Below the pieces are notes generated by a model. That model saw nothing but the letters and a program-made list of their open reading frames with translations, made no database searches and had not been told where the DNA came from. A program made the position numbers and the translations under genes. A stretch of 64,000 bases of DNA from a virus: IMG/VR virus record IMGVR_UViG_3300021387_000700; one strand, 5' to 3'. Below are positions 52,491 through 60,880 of the stretch, piece by piece. Numbering within the stretch: position 1 is the stretch's first letter; every line of letters starts with the position of its first letter.

Positions 52491-52889
52491 ATGGCTTACA
52501 AGACAAATGATGCTGTTATACGCCATCTTAAAGAGCAATGGGAGGCTGCTTGCAATGGCTACCTCCTTGAGCTCTTGAATATGTGGGATTGCGATTCGTA
52601 CTACGGCTATTGGGTTGCCGATAACGTCGGCGGGCTTTACTGCTATGGCGACGATATTGCTATCAATATGAGCGAGATTATCCTTTGTGTCGAAAAGGGC
52701 ATAAGCATGGATGATTACCGCAAATATACTGATTATTGCTCAAAATGCAACGAGTACGGTTTCAATATTGTGTCCCTTGAAGCATATCATCTTGGTTGCC
52801 CCACCGTTCCGCAGGAAACCTTCGATAAGCTGGACGAGATGAAGGCAAACTTGCAAAAGGCGATAGAGGAGGAAAAAGCAAAGTTCTAA
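52491..52889 (+). CDS. hypothetical protein
   Basis: 132 aa. Confidence 0.5.
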   Translation: MAYKTNDAVIRHLKEQWEAACNGYLLELLNMWDCDSYYGYWVADNVGGLYCYGDDIAINMSEIILCVEKGISMDDYRKYTDYCSKCNEYGFNIVSLEAYHLGCPTVPQETFDKLDEMKANLQKAIEEEKAKF

Positions 52890-52893
52890 GTAA

Positions 52894-53070
52894 ATGGCTA
52901 CACAAAAGAAAAAGCCCGTTGTAAAGGCGAAAAAGAAGAAACGTAAGGTAGTTATCAAGAAAACGGCCAAAGTGCGCCCAAAAGCCTCGAAAACCGCCTC
53001 AGATACCATGCTTACGCAAATACCGCGTACCAACGGAGTCGTGTTTAGGATAAAAGCAAGGAGAAAATGA
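52894..53070 (+). CDS. hypothetical very basic mini-protein (58 aa)
   Basis: Own translation: MATQKKKPVVKAKKKKRKVVIKKTAKVRPKASKTASDTMLTQIPRTNGVVFRIKARRK*. Confidence 0.35.
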   Translation: MATQKKKPVVKAKKKKRKVVIKKTAKVRPKASKTASDTMLTQIPRTNGVVFRIKARRK

Positions 53071-53483
53071 TAAATTCATTCAGACGGTTGCTTATCCGAA
53101 TAGGAAAGATACTGCCTTTTGTTCTTTGCTTTATCGTTTGTATCAGCTACACAGAATCACTATACGGCAATATCATTGTTTACGGTGATATTTCTTTCAT
53201 AGAAACGCCTATATCTTTCTTTGTTGCAGAATACTTTGAATACGATTTACTTTCTTTGGTCGTGATGCTTACAATATCCGTAGCCATCGAAACATGCTAT
53301 TGGAATAAGCTCGCAATAATCTACCTTTGCATTAATCTTTACGAAAGAAATTATTTTGCTACTACAGAGATAAGCGAGGAGGCCGCATTGTTGTTTGCCA
53401 TATTGAATATTATTACAAGCGGCTTTCTTGCTTTCAAAGGAATTTATTTACTCATACATAATAAGAAAGATTATGAAACTTGA
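53067..53483 (+). CDS. hypothetical multi-pass membrane protein
   Basis: 138 aa with about four hydrophobic helices. Confidence 0.45.
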   Translation: MINSFRRLLIRIGKILPFVLCFIVCISYTESLYGNIIVYGDISFIETPISFFVAEYFEYDLLSLVVMLTISVAIETCYWNKLAIIYLCINLYERNYFATTEISEEAALLFAILNIITSGFLAFKGIYLLIHNKKDYET

Positions 53484-54372
53484 CAAACGTGATGTTACCG
53501 TAGTGGATAACCCCGAATTTAGGATGCTTAACAACCGCGTTGGATTGTTCAACTCCAGCTATCAAGACTTCAAGCGTTATGGCATACCTAAAGCCCAGCT
53601 TATTTTGACGGATATTCCGTATTCGCTTGGTGATAAGGCTTACGGCAGTAATCCAAGCTGGTATATTGACGGTGATAACAAGAACGGAGAAAGCGACAAG
53701 GCTGGCGAAACATTCTTTGTGACAGACGAGAATTTCAAGCCTGCGGAGTTCATGCACTTTGCCGCACAGATGCTAAAGCCCGAACAAAAAGGAAAGGTTG
53801 ACGAAAAAGACCGCACAAAGACAAGTGCGCCTTGCATGATTGTGTTCTGCGAGTTCATGCAGCAGTTCTATCTTATAGAGCTTGGTAAGCGTTACGGATT
53901 CAATCACTATATCAATTTGGTTTTCCGTAAAAATTATTCGGCGCAGGTCTTAAAGGCAAACATGAAGATAGTTGGTAACTGCGAGTACGGCCTCGTCCTT
54001 TACCGTGACAAGCTGCCGAAATTCAATAATAACGGAACAATGGTTTTCAACTGCATGGACTGGCAGCGCGACTTGGGTATGCCGCGTATTCACGAAACGC
54101 AAAAACCGATTCCGCTTTTGCAGCGGTTGATAGAGCTTTTCACAGACCCCGACGATGTCGTTATAGACCCGTGCGCAGGCAGCGGCAGCACATTGATTGC
54201 AGCGGCCAACCTTGGGCGTAAGGCATACGGTCTCGAGATTTCAAAGCGTTTCTATGTGGATGCCCGCGATGCCATGCAGAATTATATCCAGCCCGATATG
54301 TTTGCTATGCAAGAAAGCAGGTATTATCAGCGTAAAATGGCACAAGAACAAACACTTGCGCTTGATATTTAA
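53473..54372 (+). CDS. DNA methyltransferase (third; N6A/N4C PF01555-like)
   Basis: Start at ATG 53473. Motifs are LTDIPYSLGD (a DPPY variant), HETQKPIPLLQRLIELF and VVIDPCAGSGSTLIAA. Confidence 0.8.
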   Translation: MKLDKRDVTVVDNPEFRMLNNRVGLFNSSYQDFKRYGIPKAQLILTDIPYSLGDKAYGSNPSWYIDGDNKNGESDKAGETFFVTDENFKPAEFMHFAAQMLKPEQKGKVDEKDRTKTSAPCMIVFCEFMQQFYLIELGKRYGFNHYINLVFRKNYSAQVLKANMKIVGNCEYGLVLYRDKLPKFNNNGTMVFNCMDWQRDLGMPRIHETQKPIPLLQRLIELFTDPDDVVIDPCAGSGSTLIAAANLGRKAYGLEISKRFYVDARDAMQNYIQPDMFAMQESRYYQRKMAQEQTLALDI

Positions 54373-54435
54373 CCCTATCTGTGTTAAATAAGTGTTAAAG
54401 ATTTTATTTTCCTTTGTATATCCAAAAGAAAGTAT

Positions 54436-54443
54436 TACCTTTG
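54436..54443 (+). promoter_or_regulatory. Bacteroides-type -7 box TACCTTTGCAC upstream of the tRNA/tmRNA cluster
   Basis: It is preceded by TTTGTATAT. The first tRNA begins about 185 nt downstream. Confidence 0.5.
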
Positions 54444-54627
54444 CACACGATGATAAATTTTCTTTTAGGATAAATGCCTATAAATAAAATTAATACGTAC
54501 AAAGGCCAAGGCTTGTGAAAGTAGTAGGCTTTTTAACCACATTAAATGTTGAACAAAGTAAAATTCATATTATTAAAATTTATGTGAGTGCCGAAACGTT
54601 GAGATAACGGAATAGGCTCTTTAATAT

Positions 54628-54700
54628 CGCGGGGTGGAGCAGTTGGCAGCTCGCAAGGCTCATATCCTTGAGGTCGCAGGTTCGAGTCCTGCCCACCGCA
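54628..54700 (+). tRNA. tRNA-Met-like (anticodon CAU), initiator-like, atypical acceptor stem
   Basis: CGCGGGG-TG-GAGC-AGTTGGCA-GCTC-G-CAAGG-CTCATAT-CCTTG-AGGTC-GCAGG-TTCGAGT-CCTGC-CC(A)CCGCA. The D, anticodon and T arms are perfect. The acceptor pairs only if A54695 is bulged, and C1xA72 mismatches as in bacterial initiators. Confidence 0.6.
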
Positions 54701-54738
54701 ACAAAAACTTTCTTTGGCATACTGATTAATAAACGGAT

Positions 54739-54812
54739 TGCTCCATAGCGCAATTGGTCAGAGCATCAGAATTTGGGTCTGAGGGTTGCACGTTCGAGTC
54801 GTGCTGGGGCAA
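54739..54812 (+). tRNA. tRNA-Gln (anticodon UUG)
   Basis: Acceptor is TGCTCCA/TGGGGCA with U1-A72. The anticodon arm is TCAGA-ATTTGGG-TCTGA and the T arm is GCACG-TTCGAGT-CGTGC. Confidence 0.85.
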
Positions 54813-54817
54813 CAAAT

Positions 54818-54894
54818 GGGGTTTTAGCTCAGTTGGTTAGAGCATCTGCTTTGCAAGCAGAGGGTCGTGAGTTCGAGTCTCACATTCTCCACCA
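54818..54894 (+). tRNA. tRNA-Ala (anticodon UGC), CCA encoded, two U-U mismatches in the acceptor stem
   Basis: GGGGTTT-TA-GCTC-AGTTGGTTA-GAGC-A-TCTGC-TTTGCAA-GCAGA-GGGTC-GTGAG-TTCGAGT-CTCAC-ATTCTCC-ACCA. G3:U70 is present, and pairs 5-68 and 6-67 are U-U. Confidence 0.75.
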
Positions 54895-54900
54895 TGATAC

Positions 54901-55210
54901 GGGGGTATTTTGGTTTTGATTGTAGATGGATGGTAAGAAATCGTGCAAGCAATCATGCTTTGAAATGGTAAAAACAATAAATGCTAAGGTTGTCAATATG
55001 ACTCCCCGTGCTCAAGTGCTGGCAGCAGCCGCATAAGCACCTCGCTGGTGACTTGCGAAGGAACATAAAAGTTACGGCTCGTTTTCTCCGTTTTCTCAAA
55101 ACGTAGTGGTGGAACGCTCGTCCAAGTTATAAAAGCTGGTCAGCCCCGACGCACGTAACAAGTTTCTATGATAAATCTGCAAGACGAGGGTTCGACTCCC
55201 TCTACCTCCA
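54901..55210 (+). ncRNA. ssrA: tmRNA (ssrA-like)
   Basis: The 5' GGGGGTA pairs with the 3' TACCTCC(A), including G3:U70. The T arm is GAGGG-TTCGACT-CCCTC. TTGTAGAT near the 5' end pairs with ATCTGCAA near the 3' end (P2). An internal frame ...GCT AAG GTT GTC AAT ATG ACT CCC CGT GCT CAA GTG CTG GCA GCA GCC GCA TAA ends in an Ala-rich tag. Confidence 0.8.
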
Positions 55211-55241
55211 CTTGAATATTTTATTTTTAATCATAAGAAAG

Positions 55242-56396
55242 ATGAGTAGAATTAAATTTAATGTTGATGAATGGCTACCCCGCTTATCGCAAGTTGTAGG
55301 CGTAGTTAATTCAAAAAATCCCCTGCCTATCCTTGGCGACATCTTAATCAAAACAGACATGGAAGCCCAAAGGGGGCTTACGTTCACAGCCAGCGATTCG
55401 GAAACATGGCTCACCATCGAAGCACCACATCTTAGCTTTGACGATAGCTTTGAAATCTGCATCGCTGCCGTTGACTTCTACAAGGCATTATGCAATCTGA
55501 AAGGAAAGCAGGTTTGTATGACATTGGATGCCGAGCATCACACCGTAGAATGTGATTACGGTAATGGCCGTTTTACGATGGCCTACGAGGATGCTACAGA
55601 ATATCCAAAGCCAAATATGGATGCCAGCGATTCACAAAGCAAGGTTATCGACGCTGATAAGCTGCTTTACGCGGTAAATAAGCCCGATTACGCCACAGCT
55701 AACGATGAGTTACGCCCCGTAATGAATGGCATACGCCTTGAGTTCTTTGCAGATGGTATGGTAGCCGTTGCAACCGACGGTCACAAGCTTGCAAAGTTCA
55801 AGGATTTGTCTATCATTCCCGAAGGCGATAACGTGGAGGTTTGTGGTTTCACATTACCAAAGAAACCTGCTGGAGTGCTGCGTAATCTGCTTAATCAGTT
55901 CGGTGGCGATGTAAGCATAACCTTTAACGACAGATGCGCCACATTCGCAATTGCCGATTGCTTTACATTGAACACCCGTCTTATCGAAGGCCGTTATCCC
56001 AATTATGAAAGTGTTATCCCAAGGGAAAATACCATCGTTGCCACTATTGACAAGGCCGCTTTCATTGCTGCCATGAAACGTGTGCTGCCGATGAGTAACG
56101 CATCAAGCGAGCTTATCAGCTTTAAGTTTACGATGGGTAACATGGAGATTAGCGCAGAGGACTACGATTTCAGCCGCGCCGCAAGCGAAAACATTTCCTG
56201 CGACTATGCCAGCCCCGACCTACAGATTGGATTTAAGGGCAGCGTGATTATGGCCGTTCTGCAAAGCATTGATGATGATTCCGTAAAGGTCTACTTGAAG
56301 GATTCCATGCGTGCAGGCGTATTCATGCCAGCTACGCAAAAGGATAATACGTCGTATCTTGCGCTTGCAATGCCGATGCTTATTCAAGACAAATAA
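55242..56396 (+). CDS. dnaN: DNA polymerase III beta sliding clamp
   Basis: Start at ATG 55242. MSRIKFNVDEWLPRLSQVVGVVNSKNPLPILGDILIKTD parallels the DnaN N-terminus (...PILGNLLL...). At 384 aa it has the size of a three-domain clamp. Confidence 0.8.
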   Translation: MSRIKFNVDEWLPRLSQVVGVVNSKNPLPILGDILIKTDMEAQRGLTFTASDSETWLTIEAPHLSFDDSFEICIAAVDFYKALCNLKGKQVCMTLDAEHHTVECDYGNGRFTMAYEDATEYPKPNMDASDSQSKVIDADKLLYAVNKPDYATANDELRPVMNGIRLEFFADGMVAVATDGHKLAKFKDLSIIPEGDNVEVCGFTLPKKPAGVLRNLLNQFGGDVSITFNDRCATFAIADCFTLNTRLIEGRYPNYESVIPRENTIVATIDKAAFIAAMKRVLPMSNASSELISFKFTMGNMEISAEDYDFSRAASENISCDYASPDLQIGFKGSVIMAVLQSIDDDSVKVYLKDSMRAGVFMPATQKDNTSYLALAMPMLIQDK

Positions 56397-56398
56397 CC

Positions 56399-56782
56399 AT
56401 GAGTGAGGCTGATTACTATCCAGCAGGCGCATATAGCGACCCTAACGCGCCGTATAACGAGCCGATAATCCCCGAACGCGACTTTGATATTGACGTCGAG
56501 TTTGTAATGAGCAAAAACGTTACGGTAACGACAAACGACTATGCACCCGAATACGATGATGAGGATGGGCGCGAATACGCCAATACCGAAAATACGGACT
56601 GGGAGCAGGCATACGATAACAGCGGCCACCTTACGATAGCCGAAATGTTGCAGGAGCTTGAGTCTTATGTAAAGGATGATATGACGAAAACTGCGCCCAA
56701 TTCGGGCAAAGGCCGTTATCTGCAACGTGTGTTGGAATCATGCCAAGGCTGGGAGGTTAAAGAAAAAACTTTTGAATATTAG
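56399..56782 (+). CDS. hypothetical acidic protein
   Basis: 127 aa, D/E/Y-rich. Confidence 0.45.
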   Translation: MSEADYYPAGAYSDPNAPYNEPIIPERDFDIDVEFVMSKNVTVTTNDYAPEYDDEDGREYANTENTDWEQAYDNSGHLTIAEMLQELESYVKDDMTKTAPNSGKGRYLQRVLESCQGWEVKEKTFEY

Positions 56783-56787
56783 AAGAT

Positions 56788-57033
56788 ATGAAACCGATTA
56801 AATTCAAGGAGGCAAACACCGTGTATGGTAAAGGCCAAGAAAGCTTAGAGGAACTGCCAGCGTTAAGATTTGACGACGGTGAGGTTGTATCGTGTTGGAA
56901 ACTTTCTCTTTGGGAGGCGTTGCGCCTGCTTTTCACACGCAGGGTATGGCTATGTGTTGCAACGTTCAACAATCCGTTACAGCCGACATACATGTCTACG
57001 CAAAGCAAGGATTTGTTCGTTCCTAACAAATAA
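56788..57033 (+). CDS. hypothetical protein
   Basis: 81 aa. Confidence 0.4.
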   Translation: MKPIKFKEANTVYGKGQESLEELPALRFDDGEVVSCWKLSLWEALRLLFTRRVWLCVATFNNPLQPTYMSTQSKDLFVPNK

Positions 57034-57038
57034 GCCCT

Positions 57039-57464
57039 ATGGATTACGGCGACTACATAAACGGACACATCGAAAGGGTGGCGCAAGGTGGGTACAGCGG
57101 CCAATTGACGGTCGAAGGTATCGACCTTTCGCCAATCGAGGCGCAGTTCTTCAAAAAGGATGGTGATATTTTCTGTTTCATCAAGCGCAAGCCAATCATG
57201 CAGTACAATCACGAAACGCAAAGTTACAGCACAAGGGAGCGCAAGCCTGCATTGCAGATATACATGAAGAAACAGATTAACCCCGATGGTGTGGTGGCCT
57301 TTGCTGGCGATTTCATGTTTATGCGGTTCAAGTTCAAGATTGAGGGCGTTTGGGATAAGATATTAGGCAAGGAAAAGCACCGCCTTAATCTTTTCGTGGA
57401 GCGTCTGCCTTTATCCGAACAAACACTTTTGCTAAGTATCAACGAAAAAAAGCGCAAGGCATGA
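57039..57464 (+). CDS. hypothetical protein
   Basis: 141 aa. Confidence 0.45.
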   Translation: MDYGDYINGHIERVAQGGYSGQLTVEGIDLSPIEAQFFKKDGDIFCFIKRKPIMQYNHETQSYSTRERKPALQIYMKKQINPDGVVAFAGDFMFMRFKFKIEGVWDKILGKEKHRLNLFVERLPLSEQTLLLSINEKKRKA

Positions 57465-57952
57465 AAACCGACGAGCAGATAAAGAACGACTGGCAGCGAC
57501 TCGAGACGGAGAATATCGAGAAAGCTTGCGATTTGTTGCGCCAGCATGAAAGCCGCATCGAGGATTACATGGCCGATATTGTTGCATCGCTGTGTAACGT
57601 GGATTGTGCCGCCATGCTGACTAATTCATCTGTTGCTTATTTGGCGCAGGCGCGTTGGCTGTATTGGTATGCCATCCGTTACATGACGAATGAAACATAC
57701 GATAAGATTGCCATGCGTACAACGGCCAAAAGCGGCTGCAAGTTTACGCCTAACGGTATAGGGCAAAGCATAAACAAGATGGCCTTATTGGTAGCCCAAG
57801 AGCCTATTTGGGTTAAACGCTGGACTATCATCAAGCATATCATTAAACTGCGGGATTCAAGCAAGCAGGCTTATTTGCCGCAGGAAACGGTCACCATATA
57901 TGTAACACCACCGAAAGGCGTTAAAGTAGAAATAAAACCCGATAAACAATAA
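57461..57952 (+). CDS. hypothetical protein, weak DnaA domain-IV-like (HTH) resemblance
   Basis: QARWLYWYAIRYMTNETYDKIAMRTTAKSG...GIGQSINKM loosely follows aRqiAMYL.r.lt..S...Ig..fg. Confidence 0.25.
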   Translation: MKTDEQIKNDWQRLETENIEKACDLLRQHESRIEDYMADIVASLCNVDCAAMLTNSSVAYLAQARWLYWYAIRYMTNETYDKIAMRTTAKSGCKFTPNGIGQSINKMALLVAQEPIWVKRWTIIKHIIKLRDSSKQAYLPQETVTIYVTPPKGVKVEIKPDKQ

Positions 57953-57965
57953 AAATTTTTAAGTT

Positions 57966-58376
57966 ATGATTTACGAAACAACTGCACAATTTGTCGAGGT
58001 CGATAACAACGGCAACGATAAGGTAAGAAAACAAAAGTTCATCGTTATGGATGCTGCCAATCACGGCGATGCCGAGGAGCAGACCTTTGAGGAATGTGAC
58101 GGGCATACCGACCTTGATGTTGTGTCCGTAAAGCGTTCCAAAATCAAGGAGATTCTCAACAGCCGTTCCACCGATGAGGAGAAAATCTTCATCGCACACG
58201 TCGTTGATGTTCAGATTGACGAGGAAGGCGAGGAAAAAGAGCTTGTTTACAAGATGGCCTTTTACGCATCATCATTCGATAAGGCACACAGCTTTATGAA
58301 CGAATGGCTGAAGCAGGGCTACAACATGCGCCTCGACGGTGTTACTCGTACCAGCTTTGTAGATACCATCGGATAG
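57966..58376 (+). CDS. hypothetical protein
   Basis: 136 aa. Confidence 0.45.
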   Translation: MIYETTAQFVEVDNNGNDKVRKQKFIVMDAANHGDAEEQTFEECDGHTDLDVVSVKRSKIKEILNSRSTDEEKIFIAHVVDVQIDEEGEEKELVYKMAFYASSFDKAHSFMNEWLKQGYNMRLDGVTRTSFVDTIG

Positions 58377-58381
58377 GCCGT

Positions 58382-58795
58382 ATGAAGTATTTCAACAAGA
58401 AAGTAAGATATGGCGGTTTCACGTTCGATTCAACGAAAGAGCGTGACCGTTATATCCTGCTTTCCAACATGGAAAAGAAAGGCATTATCCGCGACCTTAC
58501 GCTGCAAAAGGAGTTTGAGCTATTACCCAAGCAAACGCGCATCGAGATAGAACACAAAAAAACAAAAGATGTTCTGAAAGAGGTTTTTGACGAGCATCCC
58601 GTAAAGTATCATTGTGATTTCTATTATTTCGAGGTAAAGTCGCAGAAATACGTTATCGAGGAGATAAAATCCAAGATTACGGAGCAGGTTCGCGACTATC
58701 CTTTGCGTAGAAAGCTTGTAAAGTTCAAGGTTCGACAGATGAATAGGGAGGCAGGCTATGATAAATACGTATTCCGTGAAATCATAATGAATTAA
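58382..58795 (+). CDS. DUF1064-like (PD-(D/E)XK nuclease-like) protein
   Basis: Start at ATG 58382. KVRYGGFTFDSTKERDRYILL...YHCDFYYFEV...YVIEEIKS fits the DUF1064 pattern. Confidence 0.45.
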   Translation: MKYFNKKVRYGGFTFDSTKERDRYILLSNMEKKGIIRDLTLQKEFELLPKQTRIEIEHKKTKDVLKEVFDEHPVKYHCDFYYFEVKSQKYVIEEIKSKITEQVRDYPLRRKLVKFKVRQMNREAGYDKYVFREIIMN

Positions 58796-58799
58796 CACT

Positions 58800-59429
58800 A
58801 TGCTATCATACTTAGATACAAAGAACGTTCTTTTTACAAGGGGTATCAGCTTTGATGCAAAGCAGTATATTTTCGTGGCGCAGGTCGTGTTGGGCGAGGA
58901 TGCGGCTACGGCGTATGCTATGGTCTACGACGCAGCCAACTTTGCCCGTGAAATAGGCACGGAGGATGAGCAGGAATATATTGCAAAGTTCACCAAGCCT
59001 GCGGAGGTTATGCTCCAGCAGCAAGAGTGCGTGCATCTTAAAGACTACCTTGAAGATGCCTACCAAAGCGATATTCAAGCCAAGGCCAGCACGCTCGAAG
59101 ACTATAAGTTCAGCGGTGCGGACATCCAACAGCTGCTCGCAAACCTCCTGCATAACCGTGTTGGCGATAGCGACAGTCTTGACGACGCAAGCGTAAAGGA
59201 CGTCATATCGCTTATCAAGATGATGTATGAGCAGGGCGCGTTGGATTCGGGAGACAGCTTCCAAAAGCATTTCATACAGATTCACGACCCGTTTAACGCC
59301 TTGTGTACCAAATGCGGCCATGAGTTCGAGGCACATGCTGGTATTCATTGCAAATGCCCGCATTGCGGCCAAGTGTACCAATGGTCTGAGGATGAGCGGC
59401 GTTTCTATCCCAATATAGACACATTGTAA
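58800..59429 (+). CDS. hypothetical protein with C-terminal zinc ribbon (possible small-terminase-like N-terminus, very tentative)
   Basis: 209 aa with CTKCGHEFEAHAGIHCKCPHCG. The N-terminal KQYIFVAQVVLGEDAATAYAMVYD is vaguely TerS-like. Confidence 0.25.
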   Translation: MLSYLDTKNVLFTRGISFDAKQYIFVAQVVLGEDAATAYAMVYDAANFAREIGTEDEQEYIAKFTKPAEVMLQQQECVHLKDYLEDAYQSDIQAKASTLEDYKFSGADIQQLLANLLHNRVGDSDSLDDASVKDVISLIKMMYEQGALDSGDSFQKHFIQIHDPFNALCTKCGHEFEAHAGIHCKCPHCGQVYQWSEDERRFYPNIDTL

Positions 59430-59440
59430 AATAGCGAAAC

Positions 59441-59842
59441 ATGGCAAAGGTAAAATACATTCCATGCGACATTTATAAACGTGGCATTTCAATATTCATT
59501 GGCTCACTAAAAGAGTTTAAGGCTTGGGTTAAGAAAGAATACACGGATGGAACTGATAAAGGCTTTGCGGAAATGGTTGAAAAACTTGATGAAGATAATG
59601 TCGGTATGGCATCTTTCAACTATAACAACCAAGACGGGCAAGGCGTTGTCCTTATTCCAAAATATCCGAGCAACCCGAAAGAATACGCTGCGTTGGCACA
59701 CGAATTGTTACATGCAACATTCCATGTGCTTAACTTTTGCCATGTAGAATATTCTTACGATGGCAACAACGAAAGCTTTACCTATCTGCTGGAACACCTA
59801 ACAAGGTGGGCTTTGGAAAAAGACGGTTACGAAAATGTATAA
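59441..59842 (+). CDS. small HExxH-motif protein (putative metallopeptidase-like)
   Basis: 133 aa with ...YAALAHELLHATFHVL...ESFTYLLEHL. Confidence 0.4.
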   Translation: MAKVKYIPCDIYKRGISIFIGSLKEFKAWVKKEYTDGTDKGFAEMVEKLDEDNVGMASFNYNNQDGQGVVLIPKYPSNPKEYAALAHELLHATFHVLNFCHVEYSYDGNNESFTYLLEHLTRWALEKDGYENV

Positions 59843-59862
59843 TAGAAAACGAAGAAAGCGTT

Positions 59863-60555
59863 ATGAAAGAATTGTTACCAAAAGAAAGGGCGTTTAAGGT
59901 TGTTTGTACCAACGACCGTAACGAAGACGAAGATTTGTTTGGTTTCTATCCAAGTGCCAAGTTTGCAAGCAGGGCTATCCCATTGCTTAAAGAGCAGTAC
60001 CGCGACTGGATAGAGCGATGTTTCGGAGAGCTTATCGTAAAGCCTACAGACCCAGCAATGATTACGCGCCCCGTATGCACGGATTACGAACATTATAATC
60101 GTGCGCTAATCCCAAACGAGGAATGGCAGCGCGTGATGAAAAGCGATGCTGGCGCGGAGATTTGCAGTAACAACATGACATGCGGCTATGGATTTTACTA
60201 CAAGCTTTCGCAGATGATTAGTAAGGAATGGACGGTCGTGGATATTGGCTGTGCCTATAACCCGCAGAGCTACCTTTTTCAAAACCATGCCCGTTTTATA
60301 GCCGTTAATCCCGAATGGCACGACAGCGATTTCCACTTTGAGCATTTCCAAGCACCAAAGACGGAGTTCTATGCCATGACGGGGCAAACGTTCATCAAGG
60401 AAAAGCTCGAAGAGTTAAAGCTCGACATGTCCTGCACGTTCGCCATCTGCAACTACGTACCCGATGAATCATGCCAACAATGGGTGCGAGAATATTTCAA
60501 GAATGTTTGGTGCTACTATCCCGCAAGCCCCAAAGGAAGGGAGGACTGGCTATGA
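59863..60555 (+). CDS. hypothetical protein
   Basis: Start at ATG 59863 (MKELLPKERAF...), 230 aa. Confidence 0.45.
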   Translation: MKELLPKERAFKVVCTNDRNEDEDLFGFYPSAKFASRAIPLLKEQYRDWIERCFGELIVKPTDPAMITRPVCTDYEHYNRALIPNEEWQRVMKSDAGAEICSNNMTCGYGFYYKLSQMISKEWTVVDIGCAYNPQSYLFQNHARFIAVNPEWHDSDFHFEHFQAPKTEFYAMTGQTFIKEKLEELKLDMSCTFAICNYVPDESCQQWVREYFKNVWCYYPASPKGREDWL

Positions 60556-60821
60556 GGGTGCGAAAGGTTGCAAAGCAGCTAAAGCTGTTCCATAAGAACG
60601 TAACATTTGACAAGGATGGCTACCCCGTATGCCATTACAAGATAGCAAACCATTCCGCGAAAACGGACTACATAATGCGAATGACAAGAAAGCATTATTT
60701 CGGCCTTGCAAAGAAACACGACCCAAACAGCATGATAGGCAGGCTGTATATCCATAACGCTTGCAGCCCGTTCCTTTACGAGGAGATAATGGAGTTTTGG
60801 GGAATGAACTTGTACGAATAA
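60552..60821 (+). CDS. hypothetical protein
   Basis: Start at ATG 60552, overlapping the upstream stop. It is the last gene of the rightward block. Confidence 0.4.
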   Translation: MRVRKVAKQLKLFHKNVTFDKDGYPVCHYKIANHSAKTDYIMRMTRKHYFGLAKKHDPNSMIGRLYIHNACSPFLYEEIMEFWGMNLYE

Positions 60822-60851
60822 AGCATAAGATTAGCCGCTAACGTGGTTTTT

Positions 60852-60880
60852 AAGCCCGCTAACGGCTTTTCTTTTCGTTT
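60852..60880 (+). terminator. hairpin plus T-run at the convergent junction
   Basis: AAGCCcgctaacGGCTT followed by TTCTTTTCGTTTT. Confidence 0.4.

Noticed and set aside
54628-54894. Suppressor tRNAs or stop-codon recoding, as seen in some gut phages.
   Set aside because: The anticodons read as CAU, UUG and UGC, all sense. ORFs across the window terminate with TAA, TAG and TGA without obvious in-frame stop interruptions.
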